DNA of 62,857 nucleotides, filler included, from Chiloscyllium plagiosum (taxonomy: Eukaryota): the NCBI RefSeq assembly GCF_004010195.1. It is 3 parts of one record of this genome, joined end to end, with 100 filler letters (N's around TTAATTAATTAA, not from the genome) between each part and the next. Parts side by side here need not be neighbours in the genome. Positions count along the whole stretch, not along the records: positions 1 to 28,844 come from NC_057716.1; 2 more parts are not named here. One strand, given 5' to 3'. Under the pieces are notes generated by a model, which was given only the letters and a program-made list of their open reading frames with translations, did no database searches and had not been told where the DNA came from. Below, piece by piece: positions 1 to 11,236 of this stretch. The position numbers were made by a program, and so were the translations under genes. Each line of letters opens with the position of its first letter. Position 1 is the first letter of the stretch.

Positions 1-157
1 ATCTTAGCCTGCTGGACACACTTTCCTCATTCCTGAAGAAGGGCTTATGCCCGAAACGTCGATTCTCTTGCTCCTTGGATGCTGCCTGACCTGCTGCACT
101 TTTCCAGCAACACATTTTCAGCTCTGATCTCCAGCATCTGCAGTCCTCACTTTCTCC
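1..157 (+). mobile_element. 3' terminus (pLTR) of a Neptune-type Penelope-like element or its non-autonomous derivative
   Basis: Nearly identical to 43833-43990; ends ...ccagcatctgcagtcctcactttctcc; contains a hammerhead motif. Confidence 0.8.
31..62 (+). ncRNA. Minimal type I hammerhead ribozyme motif (PLE-associated)
   Basis: CTGAAGA(33-39), A, GGGC-ttat-GCCC stem II, GAAA(53-56), palindromic ACGT stem III, GTC cleavage triplet (58-60); short stem I TC/GA. Confidence 0.7.
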
Positions 158-1236
158 ATTTAGTTTACTATCATATATAACACTGAAGATCATCATCCTA
201 CTTTGAAATGCCCTACTTTGAGACTGGAAAGTCCAAGGTTCTGACAATAGAAAAAAGCCTTGTGGTTCCCCTCAGTACTATCTCTAGCTAGAATGTGAAC
301 TCTTGTGACCATGACTGGATACAGAACTTGAGGTGTGTCCTGTCTCGAGCAATATGATCATGACTCCCTTTTTCTTCTACTTTACCACCTCTCAACAAAA
401 GGATCCAATATTCTGTCTTGATTGATGACCTGCAGCAGCTGAATACATTTAAACAGTGAATTTACTAAGGAAATCTTTTTCAACTCATTTCTCTTTAATT
501 ATTTTAACACTAAACAATGTGTCAACACATTTAATGAATATAGTCCCTTCTGAGTTTATTTTTTGTGGGGTGGAGGTTGTGCAGAAAGAAAGGAATCTCT
601 TATTTATATTTCCAGAAATATATTACACAGGGTAGAAGTGCAGCTGAAAACTCTTGAGCAGGATTTTCTTTAGATGGCAAAGAAGAGGTTGTGCAAGGAT
701 CAGTAACTTTTATTGTATGAGTTACACCCATTCCTAGTTCTTCTTTATTTTTTAATCTCTCTCTTTTCACTTTCCCCAATTCATGGTTGATATACTTAGA
801 AAACTCAAGAATTTTTTGCATAACAACTTCAAAGAAATGCCATAATGACAAGTCACAATGTATCAATCATGTTTATCATTACAGAAATTCAAAAACATCA
901 ATTTTGGCTTGTTACTCATGAATATGTATTCTTTGACCTGTTCTTTTTACAAAATGTTCTCTGCCTGAGAGAAAACTGTTTTATTAATCATATCAAGTAT
1001 TACTTCATTATTTTTGTATTGTGATTTGCTTGTTGCCAGATAGGAAACTTGCTGAAATTCCATTGTCATTTCCCTTTTATTGAGCCTTATCTCTTGAACT
1101 TATTTCCTTGAATTTCAGGAGACAAAAGCTATGTCAGTTACTAACTCTGAAAAAACACAACTCAAAAATAATTCCTCATGAAATAACATGAATCAAAACA
1201 GGGGTTTCCTTATGGCAATTCAAAGAATAGTCACAG

Positions 1237-2509
1237 GTGAGGTGCTGGAAGACCTGGAGGTTAGCAATAGTGGTGCCACAGTTTAAGAAGGGTGGTAAAG
1301 ACAAGCCAGGAAACTATAGACCGGTGAGCCTGACCTCGGTGGTGGGCAAGTTGTTGGAGGGAATCCTGAGGGACAGGATGTACATGTATTTGGAAAGGCA
1401 AGGACTGATTCAGGATAGTCACCATGGCTTTGTGCATGGGAAACCATGTCTCACAAACTTGATTGAATTTTTTGAAGAAGTAACAAAGAAGATTGAGGGC
1501 AGAGCAGTAGATGTGATCTATATGGACTTCAGTAAGGCATTCGACAAGATTCCCCATGGGAGACTGATTAGCAAGGTTAGATCTCATGGAATTCAGGGAG
1601 AACTAGCCATTTGGANNNNNNNNNNNNNNNNNNNNNNNNNNNNNNNNNNNNNNNNNNNNNNNNNNNNNNNNNNNNNNNNNNNNNNNNNNNNNNNNNNNNN
1701 NNNNNNNNNNNNNNNNNNNNNNNNNNNNNNNNNNNNNNNNNNNNNNNNNNNNNNNNNNNNNNNNNNNNNNNNNNNNNNNNNNNNNNNNNNNNNNNNNNNN
1801 NNNNNNNNNNNNNNNNNNNNNNNNNNNNNNNNNNNNNNNNNNNNNNNNNNNNNNNNNNNNNNNNNNNNNNNNNNNNNNNNNNNNNNNNNNNNNNNNNNNN
1901 NNNNNNNNNNNNNNNNNNNNNNNNNNNNNNNNNNNNNNNNNNNNNNNNNNNNNNNNNNNNNNNNNNNNNNNNNNNNNNNNNNNNNNNNNNNNNNNNNNNN
2001 NNNNNNNNNNNNNNNNNNNNNNNNNNNNNNNNNNNNNNNNNNNNNNNNNNNNNNNNNNNNNNNNNNNNNNNNNNNNNNNNNNNNNNNNNNNNNNNNNNNN
2101 NNNNNNNNNNNNNNNNNNNNNNNNNNNNNCCTTATAGAGGTTTACAAAATTGAGGGGCATGGATAGGATAAATAGACAAAGTCTTTTCCCTGGGGTGGGG
2201 GAGTCCAGAACTAGAGGACATAGGTTTAGGGTGAGAGGGGAAAGATATAAAAGAGACCTAAGGGGCAACTTTTTCACGCAGAGGGTGGTACGTGTATGGA
2301 ATAAGCTGCCAGAGGATGTTGTGGAGGCTAGTACAATTGCAACATTTAAAAGGCATTTGGATGGATATATAAATAGGAAGGGTTTGGAGGGTTATGGGCC
2401 GGGTGCTGGCAGGTGGGAGTAGTTTTGATTGGGATATCTGGTCGGCATGGACGGGTTGGACCGAAGGGTCTGTTTCCATGCTGTACATCTCTATGACTCT
2501 ATGATTCTA
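1237..2509 (+). mobile_element. CR1 LINE, 3' portion (RT and 3'UTR), interrupted by a gap
   Basis: PGNYRPVSLTSVVGKLLE...DFSKAFD; C-terminal RGHRFRV...FFTQRVV..WNKLP; tail ctctatgactctatga. Confidence 0.92.
1616..2129. other. Assembly gap (N run)
   Basis: Continuous Ns. Confidence 0.99.
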
Positions 2510-3344
2510 ATTGCTGCTTGACTTTTGTACTGTATTAAACCTAGGTTCCAATGTATATGTTTTTTACAAATTTATCAACCTTTCCTTTTACTTTAAAGAT
2601 GAATGCATACAAATCACTTATTCTGTCTCATAATATGTGTCATCTCACATTTTTCTACATTGAATTTCAGACTAATTTTCAATTTTCAGCTGCATAGCAA
2701 TGGAGGTTTCTGATTGGTAATCCATTGTACTACCCAACAATTTTTCTTTTCATTAAAATCCTTGGAAAATAAAATCTAACTCTGTATATAGTAGGTGATC
2801 TATCCAGTACTGCAAATTTTACATATCCATCGAAGTTGAAGTTTGGTAGGCAAATGTTATCCATGAAGAAGCTATGCAATCTACTGATCTACCTGCATAA
2901 CTATATTCCCTGTTTTTGTATAAATGTTATTATGATACTCTGGTACTGAAGTTTGGTTACAATACCAATGTTTTTACCTTAAGCTCCTGTTTTCACATTT
3001 ATATTAAGAACTGCTAATGAAAATTCACCATGCTATAATGACGACCCACCATCCCTTGTCTCACCAATAAAGGTACTATAATATCACTACTGGAAGGCTG
3101 GTGGATTTCTAGTGTGACTAGTTTATAACAGCAGTTTGCAATGTAACTTGTTATTTACACAATTATAATAGGAATGTAACTAATACGACTAAAAGTATAA
3201 CTAAAATGGACAGTGAATTCTATCTGTGTGTTCTTGTCCAATTATGCCCTCTCTTCTAACCTCCCTTCATATGAACGTTACATTTAGTCATTACTCCCAT
3301 ATGCAATGGCCCAGGAAATCAGCTTATGTAGAAGAAAGATGTTT

Positions 3345-4135
3345 TATCCCTGGAGCGAATTTGACGCAGATTTACAGGATGATACCTGGTCTTCAGGGGT
3401 TAAGCTATGAGGAGAGATTAGACAAATTAGGTCTTTATTGTGTAGACGTTAGAAGGGTAGGGGGTGATCTAATTGAGGTTTTCAGTGTATTAACAGGAAA
3501 AGACAAGGTAGAGAACAATAAACTACTTCCACTAGTTCTAGAACCAGGGGTCATAGTCTAAAAATTAGGGCCAGACCATTCAGGAGAGATGATGGAAAGC
3601 ATTTCTACATACAGAGAGGAGGTTTGGAACTTTTCCTTAACCAGCAGTTGATGCTAATTCACAAGAACATAAGCAATAGGAGCAGGAGTAGGCCATCTGG
3701 CCCATTGAACCTGCTCCACCATTCAGTAAGATCATGGCTGATCCTTTTGTGGACTCAGCTCCACTTATCCACCCTCTCACAATAACCTTTAATTCCTTTA
3801 TTGTTCTAAAATTTACCTTTACCTCATTGAATGTTTTTAAGGTAATCTCAACTGCTTCACTAGGCAAGGAATTCCACAGATTCACGACTATTTGGGTGAA
3901 GAGGTTTTTTCTCAACTCATCCTAAATCTGTTCCCCCTTATTTTGAGGCTATGCCCCCTTTTTCTTTGTTGTTCAATTGTTACATTTAAATCTGAGAGAG
4001 AATTGTTTTTAGTAAGCAAGGGTATCAAGAATATGGCCCCAAGATAGACATGTGGAGTTAGGTCACAGACCCACCATGATGTTATTGAATGGCCATGCAG
4101 GCTTGAGGGGCTGAATGGCCTACTCCTGTTCCTTT
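3345..4135 (+). mobile_element. Old CR1 3' fragment with an opposite-strand CR1 3' end (~3662-3960) nested in it
   Basis: MIPGLQGLSYEERLDKLGL on +; RKNLFTQIVVNLWNSLP on -. Confidence 0.75.
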
Positions 4136-5908
4136 GTAAATTACTGTCCAGGGTTGGTTACTCTCCTTGAGGGATATCTAAAAGAATAGAAATGGAAACA
4201 GTTGCACAAGTACCAATCCCTGGTGCGTGCCATTTCTCTTCAGACTGAACAACATCAGTTAACTGCTTCTCAGGATTTTTCTGTCAGTTAACCAACTTCT
4301 AAGTCATACTCCCTTTAATACTGCAGAGTTTAATTTTTCTCAACAAAGCTGTGCTGTACCTTATAAAAACAACTTTTAAAAATGTACAATGACATCTAAC
4401 ACTTTATTTTATCAAAGGATTTATAAAACTGTAAGTTGTAGGAGCAGATGTATGCCATTCAACCCATGGATCTGCTCTGCCATTTAGTGAAATCATGGCT
4501 GATCTGATGGTCCTCATCCAGTTTCTTGCATTTTCCCCATAAAAATCTGTCACTTGTCTGTTTCCTCAAAATGCTCTATCTGTCAGCTGTAACTTATTAT
4601 TTACAAATCCATGCTGGCTGTTCTTAATTAACCCATGCTTTCCTAAGACAGTGTAAATTTAGGGTTCTTGTGGTGCATTGGTAATACCCCACCTCTGGCC
4701 AGAAGCTCCAGATTTAAGTCTTAACTGACCCAGAGATGTGTCATAACATTACCAAATAGGTTCATTAACGATATATTTTTAAAAATGTTACCCTTTCTAA
4801 TATGCTCTTGGGTTGATAGATCTGGAGTTATCAGGTTTGTTCACTTAAATCCTCTAACCGTCAGAGTAACTTAGTTTTCGAATATTTTGAGAGTATGGTC
4901 AGATCAGCTCTGTGGCTTCTCTGACTTCCTTCGCATTCTGGAATCTATTCTAAGAAGAATTTTTATCCTTTCTATTCTGTCTTTCATTCACTTCAGTATC
5001 GAAATTTATTGGATTGGCAATATTCTTGGCACTTGCCCTTTATATGAACCTGGTTACAGGCGGTGAGGTGGGTTGAAGAGGAGAAAGAAGACAAAGTGAG
5101 GGGACAGGTGATTCTGGGTTTTTATTCAACCCCTTTTGCTTTGTGAATACTTTGTTGAATGAAAGTAGTGAAATCTCTTGTCAATTTGCAACATGCTTAA
5201 CATATTTTACATAAGAATGAAGGAAGAAACCTTCCCATTTGCACTAAATTTGAAAGTAGGAGAATTTTCAACAGGGAGAACTACAGTCTACTAAGCTGAG
5301 AAAGCTGTCTAGACTTTTAGACAATCTGGCAGTGGATTAGCTGGGCTCTCTGCCGAAATTAAGACTCTGAACCAGGAAGTCCCACCCACAAAGAGCTCTT
5401 GTTCATTTGGAGATCTACCACTCCGGAACATAATAGCAACATGTTGGAGACCATGACAGCTGTTGAAACTACCCTAGGATCAGTCCCTTGATTGTGCACA
5501 GATTACTGATGAGCAAGTTCCCACCAACCATTCATTGATTGACCACTTACACTTCATTTGGCAAGATGATGAAATTTGGGTTTTCCTGCCCAGAATCTAA
5601 TTCAGGGAAGTGGTGGGTTTCTAGTCTTCCGCCTTCCTACCTAATTAATTTCACTTCCTGCCTCCAGACTCAGAAGATTGTGTCCATGGAATATGGAGAT
5701 TTTGTTGAAGTACAGAAGGAGACCATTGAGACCTTCAGACTTTGGGAAGAGTTATCCACTTCACTCCATTTCATTGTTTTTTCCCCAGACACTTGTTTTG
5801 TTTTTCTTTACCAAAAGTTTATCAACTTGAATTCTGTTTCTATCCGTATTTCTGATAGAATATTGAATATCCTATCAATACTTTTGTAAAATGTCTGCAA
5901 AATCATAT

Positions 5909-6123
5909 TGTAGTGATTGTAAAGAAGTTAGCCAGGTTGACCTCATAGAATGAGTTCCCTGATTGGACCAGATTAACAGTCCCAATCAGGGAGTCCTGGC
6001 TGACAAATAAGAACAGGAGTGTCAAACATCCCATTCACTATGGGAGCTAAATCAGTGTCAACGACTCTTCATGTTTAAAGGGTGACTTGGTGATGAGATA
6101 CCGGCCTCTTTGGAGTGAATTCA
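5909..6123 (+). repeat. 5' LTR (TG...CA), followed by PBS-like tggtaacaagag
   Basis: Aligns with 9817-10048. Confidence 0.85.
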
Positions 6124-9100
6124 GTGGTAACAAGAGAAAAGTACGCCCCTGAAGAATTTTGCTTGCAACTTCCATCTTTGAGTTCGGGGTAAGTATTTCT
6201 GACATCATGTCATTGCTTGGGAAGCTTGACTTGTTTGATCCTGCCATCGAAGACTGGGTCCAGTATGTGGAAAGAATGTAGTATTTTTCTAATGGGTAAA
6301 TTACATTGGGGCAGATGAAAAGCAGCTTGTCGATCTGCAGCATTTTTGGTTATTAGATGCCTAACTTTCCCTGAGACACCAAATACTTTCAAGAGTTGAC
6401 GGATTTAGTTAAGGTATATTATGACACTATGCCACCTCTAATTCTGAGATGCTATTGGTTTTACTCAGCAATTTGAAAAGGGGAATCCCTGTCAGGAATT
6501 TTGACTAGGTTAAGACGATTGGTGGAGGCACGTGACTTTGGTTTAACATTGAAATGCTGAGACACCATTTGGTATGTTGGAGTAAAGATGTAACCATGCA
6601 AAAGCACCTACTAGCAGAAGCCCAACTGGATTTCCAAATATGCAATACAATAGGCTTTATTATTAGAAAATGCAGCAAGTTGAACATGTGACTTCCAGAG
6701 TTTTCTGATGGTAGTGGACACCCTCGCCAGTCCAAGTGATCTTTGGGAGCACTACTTGAGTGAAGGCATTGCTTAGCCTCACTCAGAGCATATCCTAAAT
6801 TGAGGGACTCTCGGTCAGCCCACAGCAAAATCCCAAATCAAAGCCAAGCCTTGGCTCAGCAGTTAAACATTTACTTCAGGATGTGGGCTGGCAATCCATT
6901 GTAGTTGCTGCCAGTATGTGGACTCGAGACAGCAAAAGAATCCCGCTGGACCTAAATTGAGTAAGAGAACTCATAGGCTGGTATCCAGGAGAGTGCAAAT
7001 CCTGCAAAGTCCACTTACATCTGGTTGGCACAGTTAAATAATAATAACCATAAAATTAAGCATCTGATTAAGTAGCCATCCAACTGTAATGGAGATTGAT
7101 ATTGGTGATCCTGTTTCAATGATTGCAGAACCTGTCTTTTACAAAATTCAGTCTGGACTACAATCCTTAAGTTTGCACAAGACCTAGGCTAGACTGAGAA
7201 CCAGTGTCAGGGAATTTTAACAGACGAAGGGTTCAACTTTGATTCCAGTCTCTTATGAGAAGCAGCTGGTTCATTTACCACTGTTTGCAGTAAAAGGCTC
7301 GGGTCCGAGCCTGATGGGATGAAATTTGTTGAGACAGATTCACCTAGATTGGCTCAATATGTTTTGATTAGAAAATGGCTGCCTGAGTGAAAACTTAATT
7401 AAATACCTGGAAGTTTTTCAGGAAGGTCTAGGGACTATCAAAGGTGACAAGGAGACCTTGCATGTTGACCAGGAAGCAATTCCACAATTATGCAAGGCCT
7501 GCCCTGTGCCATTGGCCTTATGGTCAAAAGTAGAGACAGAAATCAGAAAGCTGGAAAGTGAAGGAACCATCAAGGCATATTTGATTGTGAAGCCTGATGA
7601 GTCGGTTCACCGTAGTGGGGATTTTAAACAAATGGTAAACTGCTTTTTGCAGCTGATTAAATACTCAATCCCTCACATAGACTATATATACACTGGCGGG
7701 AGCACTTTCCTTCATAAAGCTGGACATGAGCCATGTGTACTTGCAATTATGGTTAGATGAGGATTCCCAGAAGATGCGACAGTTAATACCCATAAGGGTT
7801 TGTACCAATGTACAAGACTGTCATTTGGGATATTTGTCAGCCTGTGCAATTTTTCCGCGAATGATGGAGAACGTTTTACAAAGTCTGCCCAGGGTCGCCA
7901 TTTATCTAGATGATGTGCTAATAACAGGGAAGAACAATATGGAGCAATTAGAGAACTTGGGCACTGACGTTTTTCCCAGATGGATGTACGCATTAGAAGA
8001 GAAAAATGTGTTTCCTACCCAAGTGATCTACATCGACTACAGAATTGACAAGATCGGGTCAAACCTGTTGGGAGACAAAGTGAGGGTGGTCAAAGGTACC
8101 CCAGTTCCCACATCTATACTGGAGTTTAGGTCTTTCCTTGGGCTGGTGTCTTATTACAGAACGTTCATACATAACCTGTCCTCCAGCCTGGCAACTTTTC
8201 ATCAAATCTTAAAAAAGGGTCAGCCTTGGAACTAGTTGTGCAGCCGAGCCATAGCTTTCAGGGACGTGAAGAAATAGTTGTCATCCTCTAAGTTATTGGC
8301 ACACTATCATCCCAAACGCGATCTCTAATACCTAAATGCGTATAATTACATGTTCGAACGCTGACCAGGAGGCCAACTAACAAATGCAGATGCATTAAGC
8401 CGCCTCCTGCTGACAGATACACCACTGGTGGCACAATGAGTCTGTGATGGTTTTAATTTTTCTGGACACACTTCCAATTACATTGACAATATCAGAATTT
8501 TGACAGAGAAAAATCCGAACATGGCGAAACTGAAACAGCTGATGGTGATGGGAGAAACCACAGGGCCATCACAATCAGAATTGAAACCTTTTTGGATGAG
8601 GAGAGATCAGATCAGAGTAGAGGTTGGCACATTAATATGGAGAGCAAGAATGATTCTGCTGAGCAAAGGTCACCACCAGATACTGGCTGAACCCCACCAT
8701 GGTCATCCAGCAGTTTCCAAAACAAAGGTGTTATGCCTGGTGGCCAGGACAAAGGTCAAAGGTTACTGCCAGCAGCTTCCCCACATTCATGGGATTGGCT
8801 GGGTAAACCCTGGAGTCAGTTATTCGTCGACTGTGCAGGTCTCTTCATGAACTGTGTACTTTGTCATTGTGGATGCCCACTTGAAGTGATTGGATGTGCA
8901 GAATGCATTCTTCAAACGTGGGAATAACAATAGATAAACTGTATTCCTGGAAGTGTTGGTCACAGTGAGTTATTGTTTACCAGCATGGAATTTGAGTATT
9001 TCCTAAAGTTGAATGGTATTCGACATGTAAAGACAGCTCATTACCATCCATCGTCCAATGGTCTGGCAGAAAGAGTAGTCCAAACTTGAAGGCAGGCTTA

Positions 9101-9816
9101 AAGAAACAGCCTACAGCTTCTCGAGATACCGATTTGCCCTGGTTCCTATTTGATTATAGGACCACCCCTCACGCAATTACGGGGATAGCTCCAGCAGAGT
9201 TGCTCATGTGGAGATTCTACATCAGGTTAAATATGATCTTCCTGCAGTTGGTGGGGGGAGATGGGGGGGTGAGGCAAGGGTGAAACAGCATCAGAAACAC
9301 CATAGCTGGATGCTAGAGTCTGCTAAGCAAGAGAGAGAGTTCATTTCGGGGGTGAAGCTTGGTGTAGGAGCCATGGGAATGACCCTGCATGGCTAAGAAG
9401 CATGGTCGATGTGAGGTGAGGCCCAGTGATATATAAAGTTCGGATAGGTGCGACGGTCCTAAAACCAGCACTCGGACCATAGGAAAGCTGCAAACACTCA
9501 TCGTGCGGGAGCAAACGTGCCTGGCTCTTTGATAGCCTCTCTGATTATTACTAGCCTACGGGTTTCCTGTCTGTCAAGTGTTGAAGATGCCTTTGAATCC
9601 GATATAGACACTGCGGATATTGCTGCCTTGATGCCTTTGCCACCTGAAGAAGAGAATGAATTTCTTCCAAGATGCTATAGCCGTAAGTGGTGAGCTACAG
9701 TGTGTTTCATGGTGCTCGTATCTGAGGCAGAGTTAGAAAAACCGGACCTAGTGCTAAAAGGAGGAGGTGTAAAGAAAAAAACCAGTCTATGTCCTCTGAC
9801 TAGGAGGGAGGAGGGA

Positions 9817-10048
9817 TATAGTGATTGTAACCAAGGTTAGCCAGGTGGATTTTATAGAATAAGTTCCTTCACTGGTGCTGTTAATCTGGTCTAATCAGGG
9901 AGCCCTGGTTGATATATAAACAGGTGTGTCAGAGATCTTGCTCTCTCTGAGAGCTACTTCTGAGGGAGCTGGTTCAGTGTTACAGACTGTTCATGTTACA
10001 TAAAGGGTGACTTGATGGTGGGATACCTGGCTCTATGGAGTTATTTTA
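9817..10048 (+). repeat. 3' LTR, preceded by polypurine tract agggggaaggaggga
   Basis: Aligns with 5909-6123; termini mutated TG>TA and CA>TA. Confidence 0.85.
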
Positions 10049-10596
10049 CAAATGTTTCAACTTTTCCTTGTGTTGATTAATTAACTTAAAATTCTTCACA
10101 CTAATTATTGACTCACTTTCTGTTTACTGAAAGCATTGAATAACTTCAAGTCTCCCTTAGCCTTATCGTGAAGTAGAACACAATTTCTTTAGTTTTTACT
10201 TGTAATTATGTTTAAATTTCGAACATAATTTTACAATTTCTACAAACCATGGTTTTGCCCACCCTATATATCCCTCTTCACCTTTCACATGCATGTCACA
10301 ACAGACATAGTCTGCAACTGTGGCTTAGTTATGCAATGATATAGCACTGGAGTCAATTCAGCCTATTTTGTTTTTGTTTCTTTTTGACTGGCGCAGAGTC
10401 TATGTGCTGTAGACAAGCAGGAACACAGTTTGGTGTTGCATCCTAAAGTTGGTACCCCATACTGAAAGATTAAATGTCAGCATTGATTTCTGGGTAAGAC
10501 TTGAACCCATAATCTTCTGATTCACAGAAGAGTACTACCAGCTGAGCCACAGTTTTATCTGGTTTTTTTTCTCCCACTTAGTGAAGGTTAGCATAT

Positions 10597-11236
10597 TTGA
10601 TCTCCCTTGATGATTTGTTAATTTTAAAATTGTACCATACAGAATCAAAGAATTGTGACAGTGCAGAAGGGTACCATTCAGTTCATCGTGTCTGTGCCAG
10701 CTGTCCAAATGAACATCTCATTTAATGCTTTTCTCCTGTCTTCTTCCCATAGCCCTGCACATTACTCTCTTTCAAAATAACTGTTCCATTCCCTTTTGAA
10801 TATTTTGTTGAACCTTCTTCCATCGCACTGTCAGGCAGATTCTAACCACTCGTTTTGTGAAATAGATGTTTCTCATTTCATTTTTGCTGCTTTTACTAAT
10901 TACTTTAAAACTGTGCCCACACATTCTCGATCTTTTCATGAGTGAGAACATTTTTATGTCTCTTACACACTCTAATATGTATTAGAGAATACATAATATG
11001 ATGTATAGTTAGATAATATATAATTGTTTATTATTAATGTCATAATAATCATAATTATGAATGCTTCAGTCAGATCTCTCCTCAGCCTGTCATCTCCAAG
11101 GGAAACAGACCCAACTTCTCCAACCTATCTTGATCCCCCTAGGTCATTTGTTAATTTTAAAATTGTACCACACAGAATCAAAGAATTGTGATAGTGCAGA
11201 AGGGTACCATTCAGTCATCATGTCTATGCCTGCTGT
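10597..11236 (+). repeat. ~105-bp direct duplication (10597-10704 and 11130-11236)
   Basis: atttgttaattttaaaattgtacca.acagaatcaaagaattgtga.agtgcagaagggtaccattcagt present twice. Confidence 0.85.

Larger units (their letters stand above)
5909..10048 (+). mobile_element. Full-length decayed Ty3/Gypsy LTR retrotransposon (Mag/K02A2.6-like)
   Basis: Two LTRs and a 5-bp TSD (catat/caaat). gag remnant MSLLGKLDLFDPAIEDWVQYVERM (~6207), protease remnant MEIDIGDPVSMI (~7089), RT YLDD (~7903), FRSFLGLVSYYR, integrase TAHYHPSSNGLAERVVQT and YRTTPHAITGIAPAELLM. Many stops and frameshifts. Confidence 0.92.

Noticed and set aside
600..866. 88-aa ORF and similar short AT-rich ORFs (5539-5889, 16383-16625, 26701-27015)
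   Set aside because: No recognisable motifs or splice context; consistent with chance or unrecognised decayed repeats.
1603..2277. Long ORFs in the ORF track
   Set aside because: Artefacts of reading through Ns.
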